This document shows positions 9,844 to 19,314 of a stretch of 64,000 bases of DNA, piece after piece. Under the pieces are notes generated by a model. That model saw only the letters and a list, made by a program, of their open reading frames with translations, was not told the DNA's origin and did no database searches. Origin of the DNA: a virus. Position numbers and translations under genes: made by a program. The first letter of the stretch is position 1; each line of letters opens with the position of its first letter. Location: IMG/VR virus record IMGVR_UViG_3300046694_000196, positions 1 to 64,000 of that record. The stretch is one strand, 5' to 3'.

Positions 9844-9855
9844 AGTTCAACCGGT

Positions 9856-9863
9856 TATAAATA
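9856..9863 (+). promoter_or_regulatory. T4-type late promoter (gp22)
   Basis: Exact TATAAATA. Confidence 0.8.
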
Positions 9864-9891
9864 TTCAAAATTGAAGAAAAGGAGACCCTCG

Positions 9892-10830
9892 ATGGTCGAC
9901 AAGAACACACTCAATGAGTTCCAGGCTGACGGCGAGGCATCTTCGATTGCAGACCCGATCGAGACCGGCGCTAACGACCGCAAGGCCGACCTCAAGAAGA
10001 AGGCCGACCCGGTCGCCGACAAGGTAGCAGACCTGCTCGGCATCAACAAGGGTGAGAAGCTCCTTGACTCTGGCAAGACCCAGAAGCAGGCGCCGGCACG
10101 ACTCGCAGACAACCGCTCCGTGAAGGAGCACACCGACGAGCTGTTCGACGGTGAAGACTTCAGTGAAGAGTTCAAGGCCAAGGTGGCCGCAGTCTTCGAG
10201 GCAGCGCTCATCGAGCGAGTCAACGAGCTCAAGGAAGCGATCGAGGCCGAGAGCGCCGAGAAGCTCAAGGAAGAGATCACGGCGGTCGTCGAGCAGGTAG
10301 ACGCCTACCTCGACTACGCCGTCGAGGAGTGGCTCAACGAGAACGAAGTGGCCATCGAGACCAACACCAAGGTCGCCGTAGCCGAGTCGTTCATGGAAGG
10401 CCTCAAGGGCCTCTTCGAAGAGCACAACGTGGTCCTGCCTGAGGGCGGCATCGACGTACTCGAAGGCCTCGAGGCCCGCATCGCAGAACTCGAGCAGTCC
10501 CTGAACGAGTCCGAGGCTAAGAACATCGAGCTCGCTGACGCCATCAACGAGGCCAAGGCGACCGACGTCGTGGCCGAAGTATCCGAGGGCCTGACGGTCA
10601 CGCAGAAGGACCGCCTCGCGACCCTCGCAGAGTCCATCGAGTACTCCTCGGACGAAGAGTACCGCACCAAGCTCGTGGCCATCAAGGAAGGCCTCGTAGC
10701 GAAGAAGAAGGTCGACGGCGAACAGGCCCTCAACGAAGAGTTCACCGGCGAGGCCGTCAAGGAAGAGCCTAAGCTCGACCCGAACATGGCCAGCTACCTG
10801 GCGGCCGTGACTCGGTCGTTGAAGAAGTAA
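9892..10830 (+). CDS. gp22: Prohead scaffolding protein
   Basis: Acidic coiled-coil; VDAYLDYAVEEWLNEN motif; ATG 9892 with AGGAG RBS. Confidence 0.92.
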   Translation: MVDKNTLNEFQADGEASSIADPIETGANDRKADLKKKADPVADKVADLLGINKGEKLLDSGKTQKQAPARLADNRSVKEHTDELFDGEDFSEEFKAKVAAVFEAALIERVNELKEAIEAESAEKLKEEITAVVEQVDAYLDYAVEEWLNENEVAIETNTKVAVAESFMEGLKGLFEEHNVVLPEGGIDVLEGLEARIAELEQSLNESEAKNIELADAINEAKATDVVAEVSEGLTVTQKDRLATLAESIEYSSDEEYRTKLVAIKEGLVAKKKVDGEQALNEEFTGEAVKEEPKLDPNMASYLAAVTRSLKK

Positions 10831-10834
10831 GAAT

Positions 10835-10842
10835 TATAAATA
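10835..10842 (+). promoter_or_regulatory. T4-type late promoter (gp23)
   Basis: Exact TATAAATA. Confidence 0.85.
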
Positions 10843-10868
10843 TTGCAAAGGATCAAAGGGGAAACCAC

Positions 10869-12137
10869 ATGACCGAAGTCTCAAACCTACAGCGCCTGAA
10901 CGAGAAGTGGAAGCCCCTCCTCGAGCACGCTGAACTGCCAAAGATCGGCGACCTTCACCGCCGCAACACCGTAGCAGCACTGCTCGAGAACACCGAGATC
11001 GCCCTCCGCGAGGGTACCTCCTGGTCTCCGCAGTCCCTGATGGAAGCGACCCCGGTCAACGTCACCGGCAACGTCTCCAACTACGACCCGGTCCTCATCT
11101 CGCTGGTCCGCCGCGCTATGCCGAACCTGATCGCGTACGACATCATGGGCGTGCAGCCTATGACCGGTCCTACCGGCCTCGTCTTCGCGATGCGCTCGAA
11201 CTACGCGAACACGACCAACGCGGCGATCGCTGAGGCGTTCTACACCGAGTCGAACACCGCGTACTCCGGCACCGGCACCCACGCGGGCACGACCGGCACC
11301 GCGAACACCGCGAACTCCGGCGGCGGCGTGACTACCGCTAACATGGAAGTGAACACCGCTTTCGCGGAAATGAGCTTCACCATCGAACAGGTCTCGGTCA
11401 CGGCAAAGAGCCGCGCGCTGAAGGCCGAGTACTCGATGGAACTCGCTCAGGACCTGAAGGCGATCCACGGACTGGACGCTGAGTCTGAACTCTCGAACAT
11501 CCTGAGCTCGGAAATCCTCTCGGAAATCAACCGCGAGATGATCCGCACCCTCTACACCACCGCTGTTACCGGTTCTCAGACCGACACCGCAGTGGCCGGC
11601 ACCTACAACCTCGACACCGACGCCAACGGCCGCTGGTCTGTCGAAAAGTTCAAGGGCCTGATGTTCCAGATCGAACGCGAAGCCAACCAGATCGCGAAAG
11701 ACACCCGTCGCGGCAAGGGCAACATCGTCCTCTGCTCCTCGGACGTCGCCTCCGCTCTCCAGATGGCCGGCGTGCTCGACTACACCCCTGCCCTGAACAG
11801 CAACAACCTCCAGGTCGACGACACGGGTAACACCTTCGCGGGCGTCCTGAACGGTCGCTTCAAGGTCTACATCGACCCGTACGCCGGCGGAAACTACATG
11901 GTCGTGGGATACAAGGGCTCGAACACCTTCGACGCCGGACTGTTCTACTGCCCGTACGTTCCCCTCCAGATGGTCCGCGCTGTCGGCGAGAACTCCTTCC
12001 AGCCGAAGATCGGTTTCAAGACCCGCTACGGCGTGGTTGCGAACCCATACGCCCAGGGCGCGACCAAGGGCAACGGCGCAGTGACCGCGAACACGAATGT
12101 TTATTACCGGAGAACATTCATCAGCAATCTCATGTGA
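10869..12137 (+). CDS. gp23: Major capsid protein
   Basis: LVRRAMPNLIAYDIMGVQPMTGPTGL, AKSRALKAEYSMELAQDLKAIHGLDAE, FQPKIGFKTRYG motifs. Confidence 0.98.
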   Translation: MTEVSNLQRLNEKWKPLLEHAELPKIGDLHRRNTVAALLENTEIALREGTSWSPQSLMEATPVNVTGNVSNYDPVLISLVRRAMPNLIAYDIMGVQPMTGPTGLVFAMRSNYANTTNAAIAEAFYTESNTAYSGTGTHAGTTGTANTANSGGGVTTANMEVNTAFAEMSFTIEQVSVTAKSRALKAEYSMELAQDLKAIHGLDAESELSNILSSEILSEINREMIRTLYTTAVTGSQTDTAVAGTYNLDTDANGRWSVEKFKGLMFQIEREANQIAKDTRRGKGNIVLCSSDVASALQMAGVLDYTPALNSNNLQVDDTGNTFAGVLNGRFKVYIDPYAGGNYMVVGYKGSNTFDAGLFYCPYVPLQMVRAVGENSFQPKIGFKTRYGVVANPYAQGATKGNGAVTANTNVYYRRTFISNLM

Positions 12138-12153
12138 GGTAGCTAATCTAGTG

Positions 12154-12181
12154 TATAAGGGCAGGTCATCCTGCCCTTATA
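12154..12181 (+). terminator. Hairpin (probable terminator) after gp23
   Basis: tataagggcagg-tcat-cctgcccttata 12-bp perfect stem. Confidence 0.7.
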
Positions 12182-12242
12182 TTTGTTTACTTATACACTA
12201 GGTTTGATATAATTATTCAAATCTCGTGATGATGGAGAAATT

Positions 12243-13079
12243 ATGAAATACACCGTCTATCAACTCACATCGCCGTCTAGCAAATCATACGTAGGATACA
12301 CCAAACTTAGTGCGTCCACACGATTTGACCAACACGTCAGGTCTTGGAAGAAATGGGTCAAAGAGGGCTCTCACCGGCAATGCGCGTCAAAACTTTTCTG
12401 CGCATTCAACAAGTATCCACCGCATGAATGGACAATAGAAATTCTACATGCAGTCGACAGTGATTCGCTCGTTCAAGAACTCGAGCGTGAAGAGATAGAG
12501 AGAAGGAACACAATCTCCGAGGGATACAACATGATTCCCGGCGGGCGTGGGGGCCTCGGAAAAGTCATGACCACGGAACAAAAGCAGAAAATTTCAAACA
12601 GCAGAAAGCAGTATTTCTCATCTGACGACGGTGACAAGTGGAAGAAAGAACTCTCTCAAAAATTCACAGAAGACAATCCTTGTAAGAAAGGAAACGTCCC
12701 GTGGAACAAGGGAAAGGCTGCGCCTAAGATTAGTGAGAGTCTAAAGAAATACCATGATGAAAAAATCTGGAGCGAAGAGGAGAGAGAACGCTCTCGTAAG
12801 AATGCGCATTCTCTATGGGAACGAGGAGTCTTTGATAACCGTCCTCTACCGACCGAAGAGACTAAACGAAAGATATCTGAAGCCGGAAAGGGTCGTAAGC
12901 AGACAGATTATCAGAAGCAAAGAGCGCGTGAGGCTAACAGTGGGAAAGTCTTATCAGACGAGACACGAAAAAAACTCTCAGAAAGAACTCTACAGATTTA
13001 TGTATGCCCGAAATGTGGTGTTACCGGAAAGAGCGGAGTTATGAAACGTTGGCACTTTGATAACTGTCGCTCAGTATAA
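12243..13079 (+). mobile_element. Free-standing GIY-YIG (Seg-like) homing endonuclease
   Basis: VYQ..YVG bipartite motif, GYN motif, NUMOD3-like EETKRKISE/DETRKKLSE repeats, C-terminal CPKC..RWHFDNC; clearly more AT-rich than flanks; own early promoter upstream. Confidence 0.88.
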
Positions 13080-13115
13080 ATACGTCAAAGAGTCCTTAAG
13101 GACCGAGAAAGAACT

Positions 13116-13140
13116 AGGGAGCCAAACGGCTCCCTTTTCT
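13116..13140 (+). terminator. Intrinsic terminator
   Basis: agggagcc-aaac-ggctccct followed by T run. Confidence 0.8.
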
Positions 13141-13462
13141 GTACGTCCAAACTGGTGATCTGACGTCACTCTAGCAGTAAGCATGAGGAATCCATCAGCT
13201 CTTTGAGTTTCCCAATTCTTGCCTCTCTATGCCATTATTATCATTGTGATATTCGTGGCAAAAGTAGAAGAACTCCCCAGTTTCACAGACTGTCGGCCGT
13301 TTACGCTCGGTGAACCAGCAGGAACTCTATCAGGTCTGCTGCACATTGCATGGCCGAGGTCGTCAGCTCGAACTGGTCCGACATGCTCGGGTCTTCGAGG
13401 TAGTCGAGCAGCTCTCGTAGAGTCCAGCCGTAGGACTCTGTCAATTCTTCAATCTCTTTCAT

Positions 13463-13927
13463 TCAACCCTGCTCTTTCTGCATCATCTTAGACTCACCGG
13501 GAGTGATGAACGTGAACGGCGGGGCTTCACCTGAGTCCATGCCCTCAGAACCGCCGGCTCCCTGCGACGTTTTTTTCTTGCCGAAGCGGATAATCTTCAA
13601 CCCGTCTGAAGCCTTCTTGGACTCCTCCTTGGTGGCTTCAGTGGCGGGGAACCTCACGAGTCGCGGCCGGTCCTCGCCCGAGAACAACAGAACGTAGTAG
13701 ACGTAGTCCTGGCCCTCGTTGCTGTAGAGGACCAGCGCCTCCTTGTCGTCAGGGACCAGGAACGAGTCCAGGGCATAGCCGACGTAGTTTACCGACATCG
13801 CCGTGACGTAGAAGCCCGCCGCGAAGACTACCAGCACGACCGGTATCAACAGTCGCCGGAACCAGGAGACTGCCAGCACCAGTGCGACAGCCGAGAGCAG
13901 TGTGTACGCGCCGAAGATTACCGTCAC
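13463..13927 (-). CDS. Membrane protein, third gene of MotA/MotB-like module
   Basis: Two N-terminal hydrophobic helices then soluble domain; 4-nt overlap with upstream gene. Confidence 0.65.
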   Translation of the reverse strand: MTVIFGAYTLLSAVALVLAVSWFRRLLIPVVLVVFAAGFYVTAMSVNYVGYALDSFLVPDDKEALVLYSNEGQDYVYYVLLFSGEDRPRLVRFPATEATKEESKKASDGLKIIRFGKKKTSQGAGGSEGMDSGEAPPFTFITPGESKMMQKEQG

Positions 13928-14475
13928 TTGATCATTCCCTTTGCTAGACTTACCTGAGTCGAGGTGTCGACGCTCGAGACCTTGCCCGTCGAGTCGACGT
14001 CGAACGACACGAGAGTGAACTCGTCGCCCGACCTAGACAGCTCCACTTCTTGTTCGGCCACTACCCTGTAGGGCATCAGTGAAGTGAGACTCAGCCTCAC
14101 TCTCGGGGGAGCGGTGTCGTGCCGGCCGTAGAGCATCACGTTAGCGACGTAGTGCCCCGGAGTGAGCGACCTCACGCTGATGACTTCGCGGCGGAGGACG
14201 TCTACTTTCATGGTGCCCATGTCGTCTACGTCGAGGGTTACGGACCCCTGGACCTTCTTCTGGTAGTTAGTCACCGACCCGTCGGGCTGCTGCAGCCAGA
14301 TATCCACGTCAGACGCGGAGTCTTTAGACCAGGTGCCCTCGAAGATGAACCTCGCGGCGTCTTGCACGTTCCCCTTGGCCTGGGGACTGTCGTCCATCAT
14401 GATGAAGAAGCAGAAGAACACCGCCAGGAGACACGTCAGCAGGTCGATGTACGCTATCGCGATGTGTCTAGGCAT
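13924..14475 (-). CDS. MotB/ExbD/TolR-like single-pass membrane protein with beta-rich C-terminal domain
   Basis: N-terminal TM AYIDLLTCLLAVFFCFF with intramembrane Asp; WSKDSASDVDIWLQQPDG resembles YfaP/DUF2135-type domain. Confidence 0.65.
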   Translation of the reverse strand: MPRHIAIAYIDLLTCLLAVFFCFFIMMDDSPQAKGNVQDAARFIFEGTWSKDSASDVDIWLQQPDGSVTNYQKKVQGSVTLDVDDMGTMKVDVLRREVISVRSLTPGHYVANVMLYGRHDTAPPRVRLSLTSLMPYRVVAEQEVELSRSGDEFTLVSFDVDSTGKVSSVDTSTQVSLAKGMIK

Positions 14476-14875
14476 GCTCGTACACCCCGTAGCAGAGGTA
14501 CGCCTGCTGGCCCAGGAGCCAGGACAGGCCGACGCCGGCGGCGCCCGTGAGGAACACCGGGGCCAGCTCGACGAGCACGTTGGCCTTGAAGGTCGCGAGG
14601 TCTCCGGCGTGGGAGAACATCAGGATGAACCCGATGATCGTGCCGAGCAGCCCCAGGGCAGTGAGCTCGAGGCGCTGGAAGTTGACCGCCGCGAAGTTGG
14701 CAGCGCTGCCCTTGACGCCGAGGTAGACCGTACACGCCAGGTAGATCGCGATGATGAACAGAGAGACGTGGGTCTTCTCGTACTTCATGAGCAGGTTGAA
14801 CGCGTCATGGAAGTAGACCGCGTATGCCACGACGAAGGCCGTGACGGAGTTGAAAGTTACGTACCGCAGGTTCAT
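14468..14875 (-). CDS. MotA/TolQ/ExbB-like proton-channel subunit
   Basis: Four hydrophobic segments incl. LGLLGTIIGFILMF signature and VFLTGAAGVGL helix. Confidence 0.75.
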   Translation of the reverse strand: MNLRYVTFNSVTAFVVAYAVYFHDAFNLLMKYEKTHVSLFIIAIYLACTVYLGVKGSAANFAAVNFQRLELTALGLLGTIIGFILMFSHAGDLATFKANVLVELAPVFLTGAAGVGLSWLLGQQAYLCYGVYEHA

Positions 14876-15225
14876 TCCGAGTTCCTCTCTTTGGAAAGCC
14901 TCAACTGGTCTTCTAGGACCGTGACTCTCTCGTCATAGATCCGGGCGTAAGTCTCGAGCTGCGAAGACCTGTGCTGCAGCCTCTTGACCTCATCGATGCT
15001 CTCCTTGTCTCCGACGACGTTGAAGCCGTTCCAGGACATACCGCACACCTCGTGCGAGTCGGCGAGTCCCATGAGCTTCGCGCGGAGCTCTGCCACTTCT
15101 TGCGACAGAGAAGTGATCTCGTCTGCCGCGGCGATCGCGGTGTCGACGTTCACCTCTATTGTAGAGTGACCCCTGGACGCGGCCTTAGAGGCCCAGCTGA
15201 ACAGGTCGTTGTGTACGCTCCCCAC
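14872..15225 (-). CDS. Hypothetical coiled-coil protein
   Basis: 117-aa ORF, GTG start with GAAAGGA RBS, overlaps motA-like start. Confidence 0.6.
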   Translation of the reverse strand: MGSVHNDLFSWASKAASRGHSTIEVNVDTAIAAADEITSLSQEVAELRAKLMGLADSHEVCGMSWNGFNVVGDKESIDEVKRLQHRSSQLETYARIYDERVTVLEDQLRLSKERNSE

Positions 15226-15414
15226 TTAGTATCCTTTCTCAGTCGTCTCCGATGACGAACGCGAGGGCCGTCATCCACACAGTAAAGAACAGCAGGAACA
15301 TCCTGGCGTCGGGCGAAGAAAACGCGTCGAGCGGGTCCGCCGTGATGAACGTCCACGCGAGGTACGGTGAGACGAAACCGATCGCGGCGCGCACTGATCT
15401 GTGTACCTTCATAG

Positions 15415-16393
15415 TCAACCTCCGGACTTGCGAGAGCGAAACTGATGTGCGATGGCCTGTCCGAGCGCCCCTAGGGTCAGTTCGACGTACTCAGCGCACT
15501 CCTCGTATGCGTAGTCCCTGCCCGCGTCACGTCCATCCTCGTAGAGCAGCTTCGCCGGCCAGTCGGGGTGCGGCTTCTGCCACTGCAGCAGTGGATAGCG
15601 TTCGATGACAACGGAATAAGTGCCGTCACCGTTGTCTCGTCCGTACTCGACGGCGTAGGGCCTCATCTCTTCATCCTGACTCTGATGCGGTAGAGGACCC
15701 TGCACTTTGGGTACCTGCGATCGGTCGCGCGCTTCTCTGCCGCCTCTCGCGAGGGGTGCAAGATAGAAGTCAGGTAGTCGTACCGGTCGAGCATCCGCTT
15801 AGACTCGGTGACGTTCACCCAGCCGTCGTCGTATTCGTCACTGCTGTAGAATATCGGTTCGATGATCATCCGAACATCACCAGATCGTATTGCTGGTACC
15901 GGTACTTGACCAGGTCCAGCGTCGGAGCGGTGCCGTCGAGCCTGCCGTCTTCTCGGCGCACGACCCAGTTGCCGGCGAGCTGGACGACGTCCCCGAACCG
16001 GTCGGTGTCGATGCCCCACTCCCGCCGGACGTAGAACTTGATCTTTTCCATGAAGTGACCCTTTCCGTTGATCGAGGCCAGCCTATACCGTTTCTCGACT
16101 CTTGTCAACTAGCGGACCTTGACCCACACCCGTGAGTCCGGCTCGAACTGTTCGACTCCGCGGGCGACCTGGTACCAGTCAGGGGCCGTGGGTGAGACGT
16201 TCTCCGCGTTGATGCCCCTCATCTTCTCGAGCGCTTCCTCGAGCGTAGAGGCGTACCAGTACTCCGTGGAGCTTCCCCAGCCCCTCTCGCTCTCGTAGAC
16301 TTCTACTCGGAAGTCCCTCTTCGTCTCGGTCTCGATGACCGACACCGGAGTGACCTCTTCGATCGGCGCGGTGAACTTGAAGCCGGTACCCAT
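15415..16393 (-). other. Run of four short hypothetical early ORFs (15415-15666, 15663-15869, 15866-16051, 16109-16393)
   Basis: Coupled small ORFs; TTGACA-type promoter near 16080-16110 on minus strand. Confidence 0.55.
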
Positions 16394-16405
16394 TTCTCGT
16401 GCTCC

Positions 16406-16413
16406 TATAAATA
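16406..16413 (+). promoter_or_regulatory. T4-type late promoter (gp3)
   Basis: Exact TATAAATA. Confidence 0.8.
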
Positions 16414-16455
16414 CCATGAGACCACTCTATACCATTTCTCGATGAAGGTAAACCC

Positions 16456-16956
16456 GTGCCGGTGATCCAAGACACAAATTATCTGAGCATCAACAACTTC
16501 AGGTTCGACGTGCTCAGGCTCCCCGAGACCAGCTTTTTCGTCCAGAGCGTCTCGATACCGGGTTTCTCCTTCAACAGCGCGGGGGTCAATACCCCGTTCA
16601 CCACGATCAAGTTCTCGGGAGACCACCCCCAGTTCGACCCCCTCCGCGTGACGTTCTTCGTTGACGCGAAGATGGAGTCGTACAAGACTCTCTTCAAGTG
16701 GTGGCAGGGACTGGCGTTCCCCAACGACCACACGCAGTACGCCGCGCTGGTCAAGAGACCGGGTGACCGGAACGGGACGTACTCCGACCTCACCATAGGG
16801 CTGCTCGACAAGGGAGACGGCCTGGTCGCGAACATCCAGTTCGTCAAGGCGATGCCAGTCTCAGTGGGGAGCATCGACTTCACCTACCAGAACGAAGACA
16901 CCAACTACGCCACGGTGACGGCCCTCTTCGAGTACGACTCCTTCGACTTCGTCTGA
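16456..16956 (+). CDS. gp3: Tail completion / tube terminator protein
   Basis: NYLSINNFRF..P...FFVQSVSIPG, FDPLRVTFFVD motifs; precedes uvsY. Confidence 0.88.
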   Translation: MPVIQDTNYLSINNFRFDVLRLPETSFFVQSVSIPGFSFNSAGVNTPFTTIKFSGDHPQFDPLRVTFFVDAKMESYKTLFKWWQGLAFPNDHTQYAALVKRPGDRNGTYSDLTIGLLDKGDGLVANIQFVKAMPVSVGSIDFTYQNEDTNYATVTALFEYDSFDFV

Positions 16957-16972
16957 CACACAGGACTTCGAC

Positions 16973-17416
16973 ATGACAATTGATGAGATATTCGCAGAGT
17001 GGGAAGTCGACTCCACGATCTCCCCGGTAGACCTCGACCGCGCCTCGCTAGAGATACCGAAGCTCCACAACAAGTACTACAGGATGCTCAGCGCCGAGAG
17101 GATGAGGCTCCGCAAGGCCGAGGCCGACTTCGCCGTGCTGAAGAAGGTCAAGTCCGACTACTACGCCGGCACCCTCGACGTAGAGACCATGCGTGAGCGG
17201 GGGTACGCACCGTTCCGGCTCAAGGTGCTGCGGGCAGACATCTCGAACTACCTGGACGCCGACGAGGAGCTCATCCAGCACGGGCTGAAGATGTCCGTCA
17301 TGAAAGAGAAGGTAGAGATACTGGACTCCATCATCAGGACGGTCGGTAACAGGAGCTTCCACGTGTCGAACGCCATCGCGTTCATACGCTTCAAGGCAGG
17401 CGATACAGGCAGATGA
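16973..17416 (+). CDS. uvsY: Recombination mediator
   Basis: IPKLHNKY, YLDAD, NRSFHVSNAI motifs. Confidence 0.92.
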   Translation: MTIDEIFAEWEVDSTISPVDLDRASLEIPKLHNKYYRMLSAERMRLRKAEADFAVLKKVKSDYYAGTLDVETMRERGYAPFRLKVLRADISNYLDADEELIQHGLKMSVMKEKVEILDSIIRTVGNRSFHVSNAIAFIRFKAGDTGR

Positions 17417-18882
17417 CAGACATACGAGTGACGAAAGCCGACGAGGCTTTCCTGAAGATAGAAGCAGACCGCGGGATACTGCAGGAGATATCTGACCGGT
17501 TCACGTTCTTCGTGCCGGGCTACAAGTTCATGCCCAAGTTCAGGGCCGGGGTGTGGGACGGAAAAGTACGACAGTTCGACGTCCGCAAGCAGCTGCTGCC
17601 GGCAGGACTCATCGACGACCTCCGAGACTTCGCGAAGGACGAGGACTACGCCGTTACCATGTCCCCGGGAGTCGAGAACAAGAGGCAGGTCACCCGCGAA
17701 GAGTTCGACCGGTTCGTGGCCAGACTGAAGCTCCCGATGGAGCCGCGCGAGTACCAGCTCGAAGCAGCTCTCGACGCGATCAACTCCCGCCGGGCGGGGT
17801 TCCTGTCTCCCACGTCTTCCGGCAAGTCACTCATCATCTACATCGTGACCAGGTTCATGCTGGCGATAGAGAAAGACGTGATGGTCATCGTCCCCACGCT
17901 CCAGCTCGTGCACCAGATGGACTCTGACTTCACGGACTACAACAACGGGCGACCGCTCGACGTCCACAAGATCATGGGGGGCGTAGACAAGAGCGTCTCC
18001 AAGAGAGTCACGGTCACCACCTGGCAGAGCGTTGTCAAGCAGCCGAGGTCCTGGTTCGACCGCTTCGGGTGCGTGATCGGCGACGAGGCCCACCTGTTCA
18101 AGGCTCAGTCCCTCGTCACGATCCTGTCGAACTGCGCCGCGGCGGGAGACCGGTTCGCTTTCACGGGCACGCTCGACGGGAGCCTCACGAGTAAGGTACA
18201 GATCGAGGGACTGTTCGGCCGCTTCAGGAAGGTCACCACCACCGAGAAGCTCATGAGGGACGGCCACGTGGCAGAGCTGACCATCAAGGCAGTCGTGCTC
18301 AAGTACCCCAAGGAAGACGCCAAGCTGCTGCGGGACAGCAGGAAGTACAACGACGAAGTCAACTTCCTCAACTCCCACGCGAAGCGCAACGAGTTCATCG
18401 TCAACCTCGTGAAGAACATCAAGGGCAACACCCTGGTGCTGTTCAAGAGGGTGGAGACACACGGCGAGCCCCTCTTCAGGGCCGTACGGGACGCGGTGGG
18501 CGACGAGGCCGAGGTGTACTTCATCGCGGGCAAAACCGACGCGGAGGACCGGGAACGGGTACGGAGGCTCATCGACGAGTCGAAGTCCGGCAAGCGGATC
18601 ATCATCGTCGGCTCTTCCGGCACGGTGTCTACCGGTACGAACATGAAGAAACTGTACAACCTGGTGTTCGTGTCGGCGTCGAAGTCACGGGTGAACACCC
18701 TGCAGTCACTGGGGAGGGGGCTGCGCCTGGACGGCGTGACGAACAAGATAACCCTGTACGACATCGTCGACGACCTGAGAGTGGGGACCTACGTCAACTT
18801 CGCCCTGAAGCACTTCATGGAACGAGTGAAGATGTATGACGCAGAGAAGTTCAACTACAAGACTGTGTCCTACGAGCTGTAG
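17413..18882 (+). CDS. uvsW: SF2 DNA helicase
   Basis: SPTSSGKS Walker A, GDEAH, FTGT, QSLGRGLR motifs. Confidence 0.95.
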   Translation: MTDIRVTKADEAFLKIEADRGILQEISDRFTFFVPGYKFMPKFRAGVWDGKVRQFDVRKQLLPAGLIDDLRDFAKDEDYAVTMSPGVENKRQVTREEFDRFVARLKLPMEPREYQLEAALDAINSRRAGFLSPTSSGKSLIIYIVTRFMLAIEKDVMVIVPTLQLVHQMDSDFTDYNNGRPLDVHKIMGGVDKSVSKRVTVTTWQSVVKQPRSWFDRFGCVIGDEAHLFKAQSLVTILSNCAAAGDRFAFTGTLDGSLTSKVQIEGLFGRFRKVTTTEKLMRDGHVAELTIKAVVLKYPKEDAKLLRDSRKYNDEVNFLNSHAKRNEFIVNLVKNIKGNTLVLFKRVETHGEPLFRAVRDAVGDEAEVYFIAGKTDAEDRERVRRLIDESKSGKRIIIVGSSGTVSTGTNMKKLYNLVFVSASKSRVNTLQSLGRGLRLDGVTNKITLYDIVDDLRVGTYVNFALKHFMERVKMYDAEKFNYKTVSYEL

Positions 18883-19314
18883 CGTGAGCGTAGCGAACCG
18901 GTGCGCAGCACCGAAAGTAATCGTTTACATCTGTTGAGAAACAGTATATGATCGTAATTATTTGTGGTCCTGGTTCACCTTCGGATGAACACATCTAGTC
19001 ATTGAAACCACAGTCAATCAGACCGCTTCAGCTATTCGACTGCTGATCGCTCGCTTCGAGTGACCGGTTTTGATTATCAGTTTCCATGAGCAAGCTCATG
19101 TCGAAGCAAGCTTCGAATTTCTGTCGGAGTCTATCAGTTTAGACATTAAGTCTATTATACCACGCCCAGAAAAGTTGTCAACCCGTAAAGTACGCGTCGC
19201 GAGAAATTTAGTATCTGGTTTCTCTCACGGCCTAAAGATAAAACATCGTAATAAATATTGATGCTATTCTAGAAAATTGTTGCTATTATTCTAATATATT
19301 AGTGAGGGACGGAT
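18883..19314. other. Structured AT-rich intergenic region (candidate origin / ncRNA)
   Basis: No credible ORF; convergent promoters; tandem 16-bp palindromes; hairpins. Confidence 0.5.
19154..19181 (-). promoter_or_regulatory. Consensus sigma70-type promoter pointing into the intergenic region
   Basis: Minus strand TTGACA-16 bp-TATAAT with TG extension. Confidence 0.7.

Noticed and set aside
13463-14875. Complete Zorya defence system
   Set aside because: The MotA-like protein lacks the long ZorA tail, the partner lacks an OmpA-like domain and no ZorC/D/E genes are adjacent
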